Shown piece after piece: positions 47,565 to 59,771 of a DNA stretch of 64,000 bases. The notes beneath the pieces are model-generated. The model was not told where the DNA came from. It saw only the letters and a program-made list of their open reading frames with translations, and ran no database searches. This stretch comes from Rhynchopus sp. YZ270_cl-10 (taxonomy: Eukaryota), in the NCBI GenBank assembly GCA_964035575.1, contig OZ037838.1, forward strand, positions 682,001 through 746,000, read 5' to 3'. Positions within the stretch are counted from its first letter, which is position 1, and every line of letters begins with the position of its first letter. Both the position numbers and the translations under genes were made by a program.

Positions 47565-47719
47565 TGTGTGACCAGGGGAGGGGACCCAAGACCCTGAAAA
47601 CACCCCCAAGAAACCCCCCTTTTAGCCCTGTTGCAGGAACACGTATTATCTCTTCTTATTTGTCGTTGCGAAGTGACACCACCAACCATCACATCAAACA
47701 CAACAGACCCCTTAACAAT

Positions 47720-48829
47720 ATGATGGATGTGACCTTTGTGCTGGAAGAGTCAGGCGTGACTGCGACAGTGGAGGTGCCGTGCGAGGCGGACGTTGCAGCG
47801 GCAAAGGAGGTTGCGTGCACGGCGCTTGCTGTCTCGCCTGCGTCTGTCGAGATGCGCATCGGCACGCAGGTGCTGGAGGGGACGTGCCGTCTGCAAGATA
47901 CTGCGTTTGATGCAGGGGTGCAGGTTGTGCTTGCCCGCTGCTTTGCCGACATCAAGTGTCCTGCTGAGTACAGTGCACCACATAGGGGACACTTGTCGCT
48001 GTCGCGTTGTGGAACACTCTGCGTCTATTGTAGCAGGGATGGGCATGTTGGCGGCTTCGACACAGAAACCTTTGACACTGTCTTCTCATTTGAAGCGGAA
48101 AAAAATGTATTCGGTCCGCCTGCCATCTCGCAGTGCAAGACACGCTGCTACCTGGCGTGTGGGGATTGCCTTCTCGAGGTTGCGCTTCCGGGTGGGGAGG
48201 TGGTCCGCAAAGTCGACTGCGCTTTGTGGACCTTGCTCTCCTGTGGCAGTGTTGTTGTCTTTCAGGGCAAAGACTGCGTCTCTGTGTATGACGAAGACCT
48301 GACGTTGCTCCGCTCTCTCTCGCATCAAGGGTGCTGTCCTGTGGCACTGTCGGACTGTGGTGGGTGGGTGCTCACCTCCTCCCACACGGAGAAGAACGTA
48401 CATCTGTGGGATGTGAACACAGGTGAAGCTGTTGCATGTGTGCCTGTGGTGCCGGGGTCTAGTCTGGCGCTTTCAAGGTCTGCCTCTGTCTTTGCTGTGG
48501 CCAGCTCTGGCAAAGTGCAGCTCTTTGATTGGAGTGGTGCGCCTCTTCGCAGTATTGATGTGGGTTGGTGTGTCTGCGGCATGCAGTTCACCCCGTGTGG
48601 GAAGTACCTTGTGGTCAAGGTACAGGTTAGAGGTAATGATGACGGACAGTGTCCCGACTCTGTACACCTGCACCAGTATGATGTGACGACCATGTCCTGT
48701 GTGCGTGTGATACCGCAAACCCGTGTTGGAGGGTCCTTTGCGATATTGCCGTGTTCGCGCGTTGTTGTGTCTTTTCAACCAGATGGCATCATTGTGACGA
48801 GACATCTGTACCCACACAACAGTGAGTGA
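47720..48829 (+). CDS. ubiquitin-like domain + WD40/YVTN-like beta-propeller protein, copy 1
   Basis: N-terminal beta-grasp-like pattern (no GG), blade motifs VHLWDVNTG and VQLFDWSG, and a conserved leader caacag-accccttaacaatATG. Confidence 0.85.
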   Translation: MMDVTFVLEESGVTATVEVPCEADVAAAKEVACTALAVSPASVEMRIGTQVLEGTCRLQDTAFDAGVQVVLARCFADIKCPAEYSAPHRGHLSLSRCGTLCVYCSRDGHVGGFDTETFDTVFSFEAEKNVFGPPAISQCKTRCYLACGDCLLEVALPGGEVVRKVDCALWTLLSCGSVVVFQGKDCVSVYDEDLTLLRSLSHQGCCPVALSDCGGWVLTSSHTEKNVHLWDVNTGEAVACVPVVPGSSLALSRSASVFAVASSGKVQLFDWSGAPLRSIDVGWCVCGMQFTPCGKYLVVKVQVRGNDDGQCPDSVHLHQYDVTTMSCVRVIPQTRVGGSFAILPCSRVVVSFQPDGIIVTRHLYPHNSE

Positions 48830-49030
48830 CGTGAGACCTCGGGAGGGGAGGGGAGGGAGGGTGGTGATGAATATAACCCAAGGTACGACAAAAAAATCCC
48901 AAGACCCTCAAACCACCCCCAATAAACACCCCCTTTTTGCCCTGTTGCAGAAACACGTACTCAACCTTCTTATTTGTTGCGAAGTGACATCACAAACCAT
49001 CACATCAAACACAACAGACCCCTTAACAAT

Positions 49031-50173
49031 ATGATGGATGTGACCTTTGTGCTGGAAGAGTCAGGCGTGACTGCGACAGTGGAGGTGCCGTGCGAGGCGG
49101 ACGTTGCGGCGGCAAAGGAGGTTGCGTGCACGGCGCTTGCTGTCTCGCCTGCGTCTGTCGAGATGCGCATCGGCACGAAGGTGCTGGAGGGGACGTGCCG
49201 TCTGCAGGACACTGCGTTTGGTGCAGGGGTGCAGATCGTGCTTGCCCGCCCTCGCTTTGCCGACATCAAGTGTCCTGCTGAGTACACGACAGAGCCGCAA
49301 GCCATGACGTTCACGCTGTCGCGTTGTGGAAAGCTCTGCGTCTATGGTAACAGGAGTGGGGCCGTTGTTGGCTTCGACACAGAAACCTTCGATACTGCCT
49401 TCTCGTTCAAAGTGGACAAAGATGTTCGCGGTCCACCTGCCATCTCGCGGTGCAAGACACGCTGCTATCTGCCGTGCAACAAGAAAGGTCTTCTCGAGGT
49501 TGCGCTTCCGGGTGGGGAGGTGGTCCGCAAGGTCGAAGGCCTCTCCATTTTATTACGGACGTGTGGCGGTGTTGTTGTCTCGAAGGGCGAAGACGGCGTC
49601 TCTGTGTATGACGAAGACCTGACGTTGCTCCGCTCTCTCTCGCACGAAAGGTGCAGGGAGGTGGCAGTGTCGGACTGTGGTAGGTGGGTGATCACATCCT
49701 CCCAAGAGAACAACCTACATCTGTGGGATGTGAACACTGGTGTTTCTGTAGCGTGTGTGTCTGCGGATTGGTGGTGTGAAGTGGCGCTTTCACGGCCTGC
49801 TTCTGTCTTTGCTGTGGGGAGCGATAGCAGTGTACGCCTCTATGATTGGAGTGGTGCGGCTCTTCGCAGTGTTGATGTGGATGAGTATACTATCGGGTGC
49901 ATGCAGTTCACCCCGTGTGGGAAGTACCTTGTGGTGCGGGTAGATGTTGCGGAATTTATGGATGACTCCGATCCTGATGGCTATCCCTATGAGGAGAAAT
50001 TTTACCTGTACCAGTATGATGTGGCAACCATGTCCTGTGTGCATGTGATATCGCTACGATCCCTCTCCTCCTCAGACTCCTTTGTGATATCGCCGTGTTC
50101 ACGTGTTGTTGTGAATAGGCAACGAGATGGCGTCATTGTGACGAGACATCTGTACCCACACAACAGTGAGTGA
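49031..50173 (+). CDS. Ubl + beta-propeller protein, copy 2
   Basis: Tandem paralog of copy 1. Confidence 0.85.
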   Translation: MMDVTFVLEESGVTATVEVPCEADVAAAKEVACTALAVSPASVEMRIGTKVLEGTCRLQDTAFGAGVQIVLARPRFADIKCPAEYTTEPQAMTFTLSRCGKLCVYGNRSGAVVGFDTETFDTAFSFKVDKDVRGPPAISRCKTRCYLPCNKKGLLEVALPGGEVVRKVEGLSILLRTCGGVVVSKGEDGVSVYDEDLTLLRSLSHERCREVAVSDCGRWVITSSQENNLHLWDVNTGVSVACVSADWWCEVALSRPASVFAVGSDSSVRLYDWSGAALRSVDVDEYTIGCMQFTPCGKYLVVRVDVAEFMDDSDPDGYPYEEKFYLYQYDVATMSCVHVISLRSLSSSDSFVISPCSRVVVNRQRDGVIVTRHLYPHNSE

Positions 50174-50181
50174 TGTGTGAC

Positions 50182-53100
50182 CACACGACGGACTAGTTAT
50201 GGCCATGACAGGTGATATGACAGGTGGTGTTACTAGTTATAAATATGACAGGTGATAATTGAATATTACTAGTCATATGACAGGTGGTACCTGTAAAATG
50301 ACAGGTGCACCTGTCATTTTGACAGGTGCACCTGTCAAATGACAGGTGGTACCTGTCAAAATGACAGGTACCACCTGTCATATGACAGGTGTTTTTGCCG
50401 GTGGCTATTGCCTCCCAGGGAAAGGGACTCTCGAATTTTTTTTTTTGCCCCCTTTTAGGGCGAATTTCGACGATTTGAGGCCATTAAAAGCAAAATTTGA
50501 CACTTTTGAGCATCTATGGGGGTCTAAAACGCGATTTTGCGCACCACGATTTTTCGTGGGATTTACGAAAGACAAGTCAATTTTTGACCCCAAAAAAATT
50601 CACAAAATTGCCCTCGGTGGTCCTCACCCCCACATGTCCTCAATACTGGGCGAAAAAATGCAAAAAAACGCAAAAATCGGGTGTTTTAATCTGGGTGCAC
50701 CAAATACACGGGAGTGCGGTACTAAGCCATAATCAGTTTTTCCGCGCTGAAGAATCCGATGAAGAATTCTTCAAAAAAAAAAAAAGGTACAAATAAAAAA
50801 ATTGAAGAGGTGGGCTGGGGCCCGAAGGGTCGCCCACCTCTTTCATCTTCCTCCCAGCCTCCTCGCCCGAGCCATCTGCCGACTATTTCCTTCCGTTGCA
50901 ACCCGACCTCGGAGATGACAAGGAGTGGGGAGAAGCTCCTGGTGGATCCGGTGAAGCCGGGGACAAGCAGAGAGGAGATGAAGACGCAACTGAAGAAGGA
51001 GTACGGGATAATGCGAGTTTGTGCGACTCGCCTTCTGACCCCCTGTTTCGTCTTGCGAAGATGAGCGGGCATTTTCGTGATTGAAGTTGGTGAAGACACG
51101 TCTCCGCTCACAAGTTGTCGACGAACCCCTTGCTGCACTTTTGCATGCCAAGAACCATCCCGAGGGTACCTCAGTGAGGAGGTGTCCGCAGAGATTCTGC
51201 ATCTCTTTGAATAATATTATCATAAAGATCCACCCCACCCACCACCGTGCGAAAGCTCGGACCCTTTTTAGGCCAGGAATTCTAGTTTCTCCGCCGGAGG
51301 CCCAGAACTTCCGGCGCGCTACGCGCGCCGGGCTCGGGACGTATTTACCTTTTATGCACAAAATCACTATTCTTCATCAAAAATCCCGCTGCATTTTTTA
51401 CAATGTACCCTAATTTTTTTCCGATCCAAAAAAATGGAAAAAGCCCGGGTGCCCGCCCACCCCTGCAAAAATCGACTTGTACAGCCATTGCTTTGGTGTG
51501 GGCTTGTTCACACCGGGCAGAGTGCGAGTTATTCTCAGCAACACGGCCCCGGCCCCCCAGATTTTTCCCGTAAGAAAACCACCTGCGCGAACCATAGGCA
51601 TTTTTTGTCCTCCCTCAAGTGCTCCCTCGAACCTGGCGGGAGGGAGGGAAATAGCTATTTACTGACGCAGTGGTGGGTTTGTATGTCCAATGATGTTCTC
51701 GTACCTGGAGAGTGGACCGAGTGCGAGGTATGTTTTTAACCCCCGGTATTCACCACCCCCGCTCCCCCTTTTCGACATTGTCCCGCTCTGGATGTACGTC
51801 TCGCCTCCGGATGTAAATTGAGGCTATTTTTTCCCGCCCAAATTAGCGACTCAGGATTTGTGCTCCTCTATCTATCTCTTGTTGGGTGTCCACCCCGGTA
51901 CAGCCGGTCATGTACCAAGGTACACTGTTCACGAGAGGGTTTTGTATTTCAAGTCAACTTTTTCTTTTTGTTCTAAATGTCACTTTTGTCCTCAATTTCT
52001 CTTAACAGGTACCCGAACCGACGACCCTTCATTGTGACAGCGAAGCAGTGCCGACGAGCTGGTGCAAATATTTCAAAATCAGGTGGCGACCGAGACCACC
52101 CTAATGAAAAAGTCGGGTTTATAAACCAACTTTTCCATTAACCCACCCCATAGACCACCCTAATTATTATGAAACTCTTAGTCAGTCACTGCTATAGCCA
52201 TTAACCCAGGGAGCATAGCTAGTGCAAGAAATTCGACTTCGGGATCCGGAAAGTCTGTCCTCTGCTTGCGGAGGACTAGACACAAGAAAATATTGCGTTC
52301 CCCAGAAACCAGTTTTTGTCACAGTAATTTTTGCCCAGGGCATGCTCTTGAAGCATGGCGGCTTGGTGTGAGAAGGGGCAGTGTATTGTTTTGTTCTAGA
52401 TTTCAACGGTTGTTAGAACGAGTCAAGTGGATGCTTATCTAAACACTGACTTTAGTACAGACCCGAGAGATCACACATGACTTTGAGGAAAGAACAAAGC
52501 AATGCATCTGTACCCGCACGCCAGGTTGTAGTTACTTCAGAATTTTCTTAAGTTTGCGCGAAAGAGAGCGGGGGCAACTCCTTTGTGTCATAAGTCCGCT
52601 GTGCAGAACAAAGCTAGGAACCTTAAAACACTACCTGCGTGGTGGCTGAATTCACATCCCTTAGAATTACCAGAATTCAGCCTTTGTTGAAGTAACGTAC
52701 ATACTTGTATGTGCGTGTCACGCTTCTCCATCCTTAAATGGGTGCACTGCTTCACTGCAGCGGGTAAGCCTCTCTCGACTAGTGCAAACTTAAGAATTTT
52801 CTGCTGTAACTTACCAAAATCGATTTTCTTTCACCCCAAACACCCGCAACACCCCACCTGCTACTTCGGTAGCCTGTGTTGTTGGGAGTTGGTTCTCATG
52901 TTGATCCCCAGTGTTTTGCACTGCTTCTTCTGAGCCCAACGCTGTTTGGCCTGTCGACGTAATAAATACGAAGACAGGGCGGCGGTGCCAACAATTTTCC
53001 GATGATGTAACGTTTATCTGATTGATTTATCGTTTGATATACCTTGTGTCCTACTTCATGCACACCCAAGAAAGGTTATTGAACGGTACTTTCAAGCGAT

Positions 53101-53365
53101 ACTTCGTTATGTCATTGGGGGTACCTGGGTACCTGGGTACCTGGGTACCTGGGTACCTGGGTACCTGGGTACCTGGGTACCTGGGTACCTGGGTACCTGG
53201 GTACCTGGGTACCTGGGTACCTGGGTACCTGGGTACCTGGGTACCTGGTGCCTGTATTTTGACAGGTGGTACCTGTCAAAATGACAGGTACCACCTGTCA
53301 AAAATTTTCACCTGTCATTTTACTAGTAAAATCACCTGTCATGGTCATAACTAGTCCGTCGTGTG
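50182..53365. mobile_element. 3.2-kb CAC...GTG TIR element with subterminal TGACAGGTG repeats
   Basis: ~35-bp TIR cacacgacggactagttatggccatgacaggtgat / atcacctgtcatggtcataactagtccgtcgtgtg. Flanks are gtgac / gtgat. It sits in the spacer of the Ubl-propeller array. Confidence 0.8.
53119..53249 (+). repeat. (GGGTACCT)n 8-bp microsatellite
   Basis: About 16 perfect units inside the TIR element. Confidence 0.95.
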
Positions 53366-54207
53366 GTGATCAATACAACCCAGGGTAGAAAAAAACCCAA
53401 GACCCTCAAAACACCCCGAGAAACATGCAATACTTTCATCCGTGGCTGGCATCGGTGAGCCGGAGGTGCCTGCATTAATAACTTCACTTTTTTTTTTTTT
53501 TGGATTGAATCAGCCCCTCCGCTACGTTTTCAGATTTTTTTTGAGTTCTGTTGCGGGGGTTTTTTTTTCACCCTGCGACAGTGTCTTATCCAGGAATTCA
53601 GATTTCAAGATTGGGGGGTCAGCTGTTTTTGTGCCCAAAAATTTTCCAGTCCTGCTGACCAGGGACATTGGGAACATAGGGAACTGTATTTTTTTTTGCG
53701 GAGCGAAAAACATCAAACAAATGGCGCCGCAGGCGAAAAAAAATTTAGGGTACGGGGTAAAAATCTAGCTTTTTACAGCACAGAGTCACACATCGAATCC
53801 TTTTTTGCGGAGCAAAAAAGGAAAAATGGCGCCGCAGGCAAAAAAAATTGAGGTACAGCCTGGATGGTGCGGTCAGCAACCCAGTTCCCCATGGTACTCC
53901 AGTGGTTCAACCATGGGATTTTTTTTTTTTTTTTTTTTTTCTTTTTTTCAGACTTCTGTTGCGCCGCAACAGAACTTTATACGGTAGCGGAGCCCCTGGA
54001 TTGAATTGATTTCAGCACATTTCCGGGGGGACAAGCCATGAGGTTTCTTTTCACATCTCCTGTGTGTTTGCTGCAGGGGTAAACATCTTCAAATTGCTTG
54101 CTTTTGTCAGAGTTTGTTGAAACACGTATTTAACCCACCAATCTTCTTTGTCGTTGCGAAGTGACACCACCAACCATCACATCAAACACAACAGACCCCT
54201 TAACAAT

Positions 54208-55329
54208 ATGATGGATGTGACCTTTGTACTGGAAGAGTCAGGTGTGACTGCGACAGTGGAGGTGCCGTGCGAGGCGGACGTTGCAGCGGCAAAGGAGGTT
54301 GCGTGCACGGCGCTTGCTGTCTCGCCTGCGTCTGTCGAGATGCGCATCGGCACGCAGGTGCTGGAGGGGACGTGCCGTCTGCAGGACACTGCGTTTGATG
54401 CAGGGGTGCAGGTTGTGCTTGCCTGTCCTCGCTTGGCCGACATCAAGTGTCCTGCTGCGTACAGTACCCAGGGGAGTGTGAATTACTTGTTGCTGTCTCG
54501 TTGTGGAACGCTCTGCGTTTTTTGGAACTGGCCTAGGCATGTTGGTGGCTTCGACACAGAAACCTTCGACACTGTCTTCTCGTTTGTAATGGACAGGGAT
54601 GTGTGCGGTCCGCCTGCCATCTCGCAGTGCAAGACGCGCTGCTACGTGCCGTGCGGTCATGACTTACGTGTGGTTGCACTTCCAGGCGGCGAGGTGGTCA
54701 ACAAAGTCGACGGCTCGTCGAGTGCAATATTTGCGTGTGGCGGTGTTGTTGTCTCCCAAAGCACAGACGGTGTCTCTGTGTATGACGAAGACCTGACGTT
54801 GCTCCGCTCTCTCTCGCACAAAGGGTGCGCGCGCGTGGCACTGTCGGACTGTGGTGGGTGGGTGCTCACCTCCTCCTACAGTGAGGACAACGCACGTCTG
54901 TGGGATGTGAACACAGGTGAAGATGTGGCATGTGTGCCTGCGGGCAGGTGGTGTCCAGTGGCGCTTTCACGGTCTGCCTCTGTCTTTGCTGTGAGGGAGC
55001 AAAACACCGTGCACCTCTATGATTGGAGTGGTGCGGCTCTTCACAGCATTGATGTGGGTGTATATGGGATGGTTGCGGGCATGCAGTTCACCCCGTGTGG
55101 GAAGTACCTTATTATACAGATGGATGTTACGGGTGACGAATATGATTATAGCCGCACTGCACAACTAGACCAGTATGATGTGGCGACCATGTCCCGTGTG
55201 CATGTGATGCCGCACACCTATGGTGGGTCATTTGCGATATCACCATGTTCACGCGTTGTTGTGTTCGGGGAATTATCTACCACAACCGGCATTGCAACAA
55301 GGCATCTGTACCCACAAAACAGTGAGTGA
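54208..55329 (+). CDS. Ubl + beta-propeller protein, copy 3
   Basis: Paralog with the same leader and N-terminus. Confidence 0.85.
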   Translation: MMDVTFVLEESGVTATVEVPCEADVAAAKEVACTALAVSPASVEMRIGTQVLEGTCRLQDTAFDAGVQVVLACPRLADIKCPAAYSTQGSVNYLLLSRCGTLCVFWNWPRHVGGFDTETFDTVFSFVMDRDVCGPPAISQCKTRCYVPCGHDLRVVALPGGEVVNKVDGSSSAIFACGGVVVSQSTDGVSVYDEDLTLLRSLSHKGCARVALSDCGGWVLTSSYSEDNARLWDVNTGEDVACVPAGRWCPVALSRSASVFAVREQNTVHLYDWSGAALHSIDVGVYGMVAGMQFTPCGKYLIIQMDVTGDEYDYSRTAQLDQYDVATMSRVHVMPHTYGGSFAISPCSRVVVFGELSTTTGIATRHLYPQNSE

Positions 55330-56841
55330 TGTTTCGCGAGGGGTGGGAGGGTGGTGACTGTATTCTGACAGAAGGGGACAGTGCAAGTGTCTGCAGAGGG
55401 TATACCATCAACTGCTTAGGCCATACCGTCAATCTAGCTCAAGCGGACGGCTTTTCACACATACCACACAAAGACTTCGTTGCTTCACGCAACTAACGAA
55501 ACCATAGCGAAACCCTTGCCCTCCCTACTTCTTGTTGACTTGTCAGAAACTACACAGCGAAAAACAGCACAAAACAACCCACACGTCATCTCCTACCAGA
55601 GGTGGAACAGGAAGAAGACAAAACAATGGACGCGACCTTCATGTAGGGTCTAGGGTGAGCCTGGCAACCCCTGTCTAATGCTCTAATTCTTTAACAAACT
55701 TTCCGTAGTCAGACACATGTATGTTCCTCAAAGCATATTTTTTCCAGTGTCCTCCAGTGTTCCACCACTTTCCCCCCCTGCATTTTGTGCTTTTATCTAT
55801 TCAAAAAAAAATATTTATTTATCAAAAACCCCGCATTTTGTGTACCATTTTACAACACAAGGATAGATGGATACTTTGCATGCTCGATAAGACACGGATC
55901 TCAGGCGCGCCGTGAGGGGTTGCAACCCGTATGTGCGCGAGATCTGTGGATCTGAGTACAGAAGTAAGGAAAACAATAGGAAAGCACCCCATATTCCCCC
56001 ATATTTATACAGTGTGCGGCCAATGCCTTGCCATCCGTCTTCACAGTTTCACAGTTTCACAGTCTTCCCACAGATGGCCAACTTCACATTGGAAGGATCG
56101 GGGAGGTCTGTCCCTGTACGTGCTCGTCCAGCTTAGGGATCTCAATGAGGATTCCATTTGAGGCCCTTCCTCCACGACGTTTCCATCCTCAGAAACACTC
56201 AGCGGAAGTGAGTGTCAAGCACGTTCTCAACCTTATCAAAGGTGCGCGTCTTCTGCCTTGCAAGCACTGCGCGCTTATCGGTGATCTCAGCCACCATATC
56301 TCCGTTAGCTGGATACCATTTGGTGATTTGGGATAGCTTATCCAACGCAGTCCCGGTTACTTAGACATGACACTTTGTCCCCTTGTTCTCTTTACTCATG
56401 GCCATTCAGTGCGATGAGCCCCGCATCCGGGGTTTGTCCGCCCTCGATGACGTGGGCGTCCAACCAGTGTCCGTCCTGCGTGCGGCCACCACAGATGTAG
56501 AACCCATTCGGGGTCTGGCCTTTTCTGGGGGTGAGGTGGATGCCTTAGCGCCATGTCGGCTTTGTAACCACATCGAATCTACGAGACGGGCGCGAGATCG
56601 CGAGGCTGGGGTCATAGCTGGAGGATGAATCTCATATTGTACCCCTCTCCATAATGGGGTAGTGTGCCTGGAGAAGCGACACTTCCCACCCTTTCTGTCG
56701 ACCGAGCTGCATTTTTAGCACGTTTTCAACTCTTTCTTTTGCAATGAGTGCACAAAACAAACCAGAAATGTTACTCTTCACCCTCTTTCCCCTTTCCCCG
56801 GTCACCTAACCTCCAGGAGTGAGTACACAAGAGGGGACAAT

Positions 56842-57829
56842 ATGCTGCGGTGCGTACCGATCCAGAGGAATATCCTGCTGCGTTCACTGCCACGAGCACA
56901 CCGATGGAGCACCGAGAAGCCTGCCCACGAAGCAGAAGGCACAACAGAGATGCCCAAAGAAGCAGAAGCGAACAAACTGAAGCTGGACCGCGAGATGGGG
57001 GTGGAACCGTCCAACAGGGTAATGTACAACCGTTATAACTAAACTATGGGACATCTGCCCATCATATGATTTTTTTTTGTCGTCACCTCTCTTAGGACCC
57101 ATTCACGAAATCCTCTCGCCTGAGTTTTTGAAGATTCTCAAAAAATTTTTAATCAAATCCCTGTATCTGGGCTACCACGCGCAACAACCCTTTCACATCA
57201 CACACCACAGTTCCCTTGGCGAGCACTTTTCCAGGGAGGTGCAGTAATGGTCTCGCTGTGCGTGGGTGTGTTCATATACAGATACTGGGTGACCCGGAGT
57301 TTGGTCAAACCCAACCGGGAGATCTATTCTAAGAAGAGCAAAGTATGCCCAAATCCCTCCCTCCCTCCCCCCCTCCCTCCCTCCCTCCCTCCCCCCCTCC
57401 CTCCCTCCCTCCCTCCCCCCCTCAATCAAACTTGTTTTTGAGCAGCTTGTTTCCCTATACCACATTTCAACTTTTATGTTTTCTTCTTTTTCTCCATCAA
57501 AAAGAACAAAAAAGATTGTATTCCCCAATTACCATCTTCTTCAAGCAGTGGCAGGACACACTTCTGTCCATTGCTCAACACCATTAATTTTCTTTCTCAC
57601 CAACTAAATCAAAAAACAAAAAAAAAAAAAATAGAAACTAACTTTCGGTTCTGAATAAAAAGAAAACAATGAAAAACAACTTTTTCGTTTATCGCTCCGC
57701 AAGCTTGTTGTGTTTTTTCGCTGAAGTGTGTGTTGTATGAGAGAGAAAAAATAATGAGTGAGAAAACACAAGCTGGCGGGCACGCACCTTCCGTCGTTTC
57801 TATTTCCTATTGTCAAGTACCTTGATTTA

Positions 57830-57864
<35 letters not shown>

Positions 57865-58055
57865 AGGATGACGCCGTCGGCCTGTACCGTGGTACGACCA
57901 GAATGGAGGAGGCAAGGAGCGTGTACAACGATGGTCTCTTCCCTCACGCAAAACTCCCCCTCGCTCCGTGGAAGGCCTTCTGGATGGACCCCATCCCAGA
58001 ATCTAAGCTTACAGACGAAGAAAGAGCTGCGAAACGTGCCCAGCGTAATGTATAA
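56842..58055 (+). CDS. 3-exon putative mitochondrial membrane protein, ~165 aa (exons 56842-57018, 57211-57342, 57867-58055)
   Basis: MLRCVPIQRNILLR N-terminus. Two phase-0 GT-AG introns give a continuous ORF with a TM-like segment GAVMVSLCVGVFIY. Confidence 0.75.
57354..57423 (+). repeat. (CCCT)n-type intronic microsatellite
   Basis: Direct reading. Confidence 0.9.
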
Positions 58056-58833
58056 TTCCACAAAAAAAAAAAGAAAAAAAAAGCTCTATCCAGAAAGAAG
58101 AAAAAAGGTAAACATCCTAGCCCTTTTGGTATTTTGAGTCAAAATCTTAGTGCAGTGATGATGTGTCGATACAACGAAACAAGTACAGAAACCTTAAGAG
58201 GGTCGGGCTAGAGTTAAACCCAATGGTTCGTGTAGTGCAATTGGGGAGGAATGAGGCTCTTACCTTTGTGGATGGGGGAAGGGGGATTTTTTTTTGACAA
58301 GATTGTGTCAAAAAAAAAAGTTGGGGTAAAAAGCTGTTGGGGTTGTTGCCCTGCTGATGTATTTGTGTTGGTGTTGTTGTTGTTTTTTTTTTTTTTTTCG
58401 GAAGAAAAAAAAATTTCACCCCCTCCCCATATTTTTTTGCGTTTAGTTGTAAATTAGGCTCAGCGTTGTTTGTAAGCCAATCTCCTCTATGGCAGGAAGT
58501 TATTGTTTCGTTGCGGATGACATTTTTCTACGATTTTTTCTTGATGTCAACTATGTCCAATGTACTCCATTATATTATGATTTTCTTTTTCGTGCAATGT
58601 GCAACAGGAACAGCAACACAGTCGCCAAACCCAACCCTTTGCTTCTACAGAAGCAAAGCTACCCCTCAAGGGGTTTTCTGCAGCTAAGCTCCCAGTCCCT
58701 TAATGGGTAATGTTCTGCATAGGTAGGGCATTTTTTTTTTGCCCATAACTGATGTTCAAAGACGCTATTCGCCTTGCTTACGCTTCACTTAATTAAACAC
58801 CCACACCCCTTCAGGACTCTCACAGCCCACAAT

Positions 58834-59295
58834 ATGTCGCTCACCATGGGAACTGAGGACTTCCAGCACATGCTGCGTATCCTGAACACGAACGTTGACG
58901 GCAAGCAGAAGGTGCCCTACGCCATCCGCACCGTGAAGGGAGTCGGCCGCCGTCTCGCTTTCATCGCCTGCCAGCGCGCAAGCGTGGACCCCAACCGCCG
59001 TGCGGGCACCCTCTCGAACGAAGAGGTGGAGCGTATCGTGCAGGTCATCTCCAAGCCGGAGGACTTCAAGGTGCCCACATGGTTCCTCAACAGAGTGAAG
59101 GACCCCAAGGACGGATCCACCATGCAGTGCCTGTCCAACCAGGTCGACAACAAGATTCGCGAGGACCTTGACCGTTTGAAGAAGATGCGCAACCACAGAG
59201 GTCTTCGTCACATGTGGGGACTCCGTGTCCGTGGTCAGCACACGAAGACCACCGGCCGCCGTGGACGTACCGTCGGAGTGTCCAAGAAGAAGTAA
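58834..59295 (+). CDS. RPS18: 40S ribosomal protein S18 (uS13), copy 1
   Basis: [15 protein letters not shown]...[33 protein letters not shown]. Confidence 0.98.
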   Translation: MSLTMGTEDFQHMLRILNTNVDGKQKVPYAIRTVKGVGRRLAFIACQRASVDPNRRAGTLSNEEVERIVQVISKPEDFKVPTWFLNRVKDPKDGSTMQCLSNQVDNKIREDLDRLKKMRNHRGLRHMWGLRVRGQHTKTTGRRGRTVGVSKKK

Positions 59296-59771
59296 GCTTC
59301 TTGCCTTTTTTTTTTTAAACTCTACTTGACGAATATCAGCTCAAGTGGAGCGAGCCTTTGGGATAGGGACGAGGGCAGGGAAAGGGTCGGGTGGCTGTTG
59401 CCACTTTGACTCTTAGTCTCTCCATTGTGCTCGTGGTGGGGGGGAAGGCAACCGTAGCAATATCGAAATTTCCCCACCTCCCCTCTCCCACCCCACCCCA
59501 CCCTGCCCATCTTTTTTGTACTAGCCTATTCCCACACACCATTCATGCAGATGCAGACCACTCTCCCCGAAGGGGTTTCAGACTTCACTATATGTGTGTA
59601 GTCTCTGATCCCACACTGCAGACGGCTTCCACGAAGACAGCGTCGGCCTGATGATCATCTGTGTACACACACACCCATTGGGGCCATATTCTGCGCAAGA
59701 ACTACCCCTATTAGTTCTCAAACACACACCACCTTCCAGGACTCTCCCCTAATCCAAACACAGACCACAAT

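Noticed and set aside
56050..56640. Coding-like GC-richer patch
   Set aside because: Only short, broken frames with no identifiable motif.
59640..59710. Hammerhead core CTGATGA
   Set aside because: No stem II or GAAA in the required arrangement.
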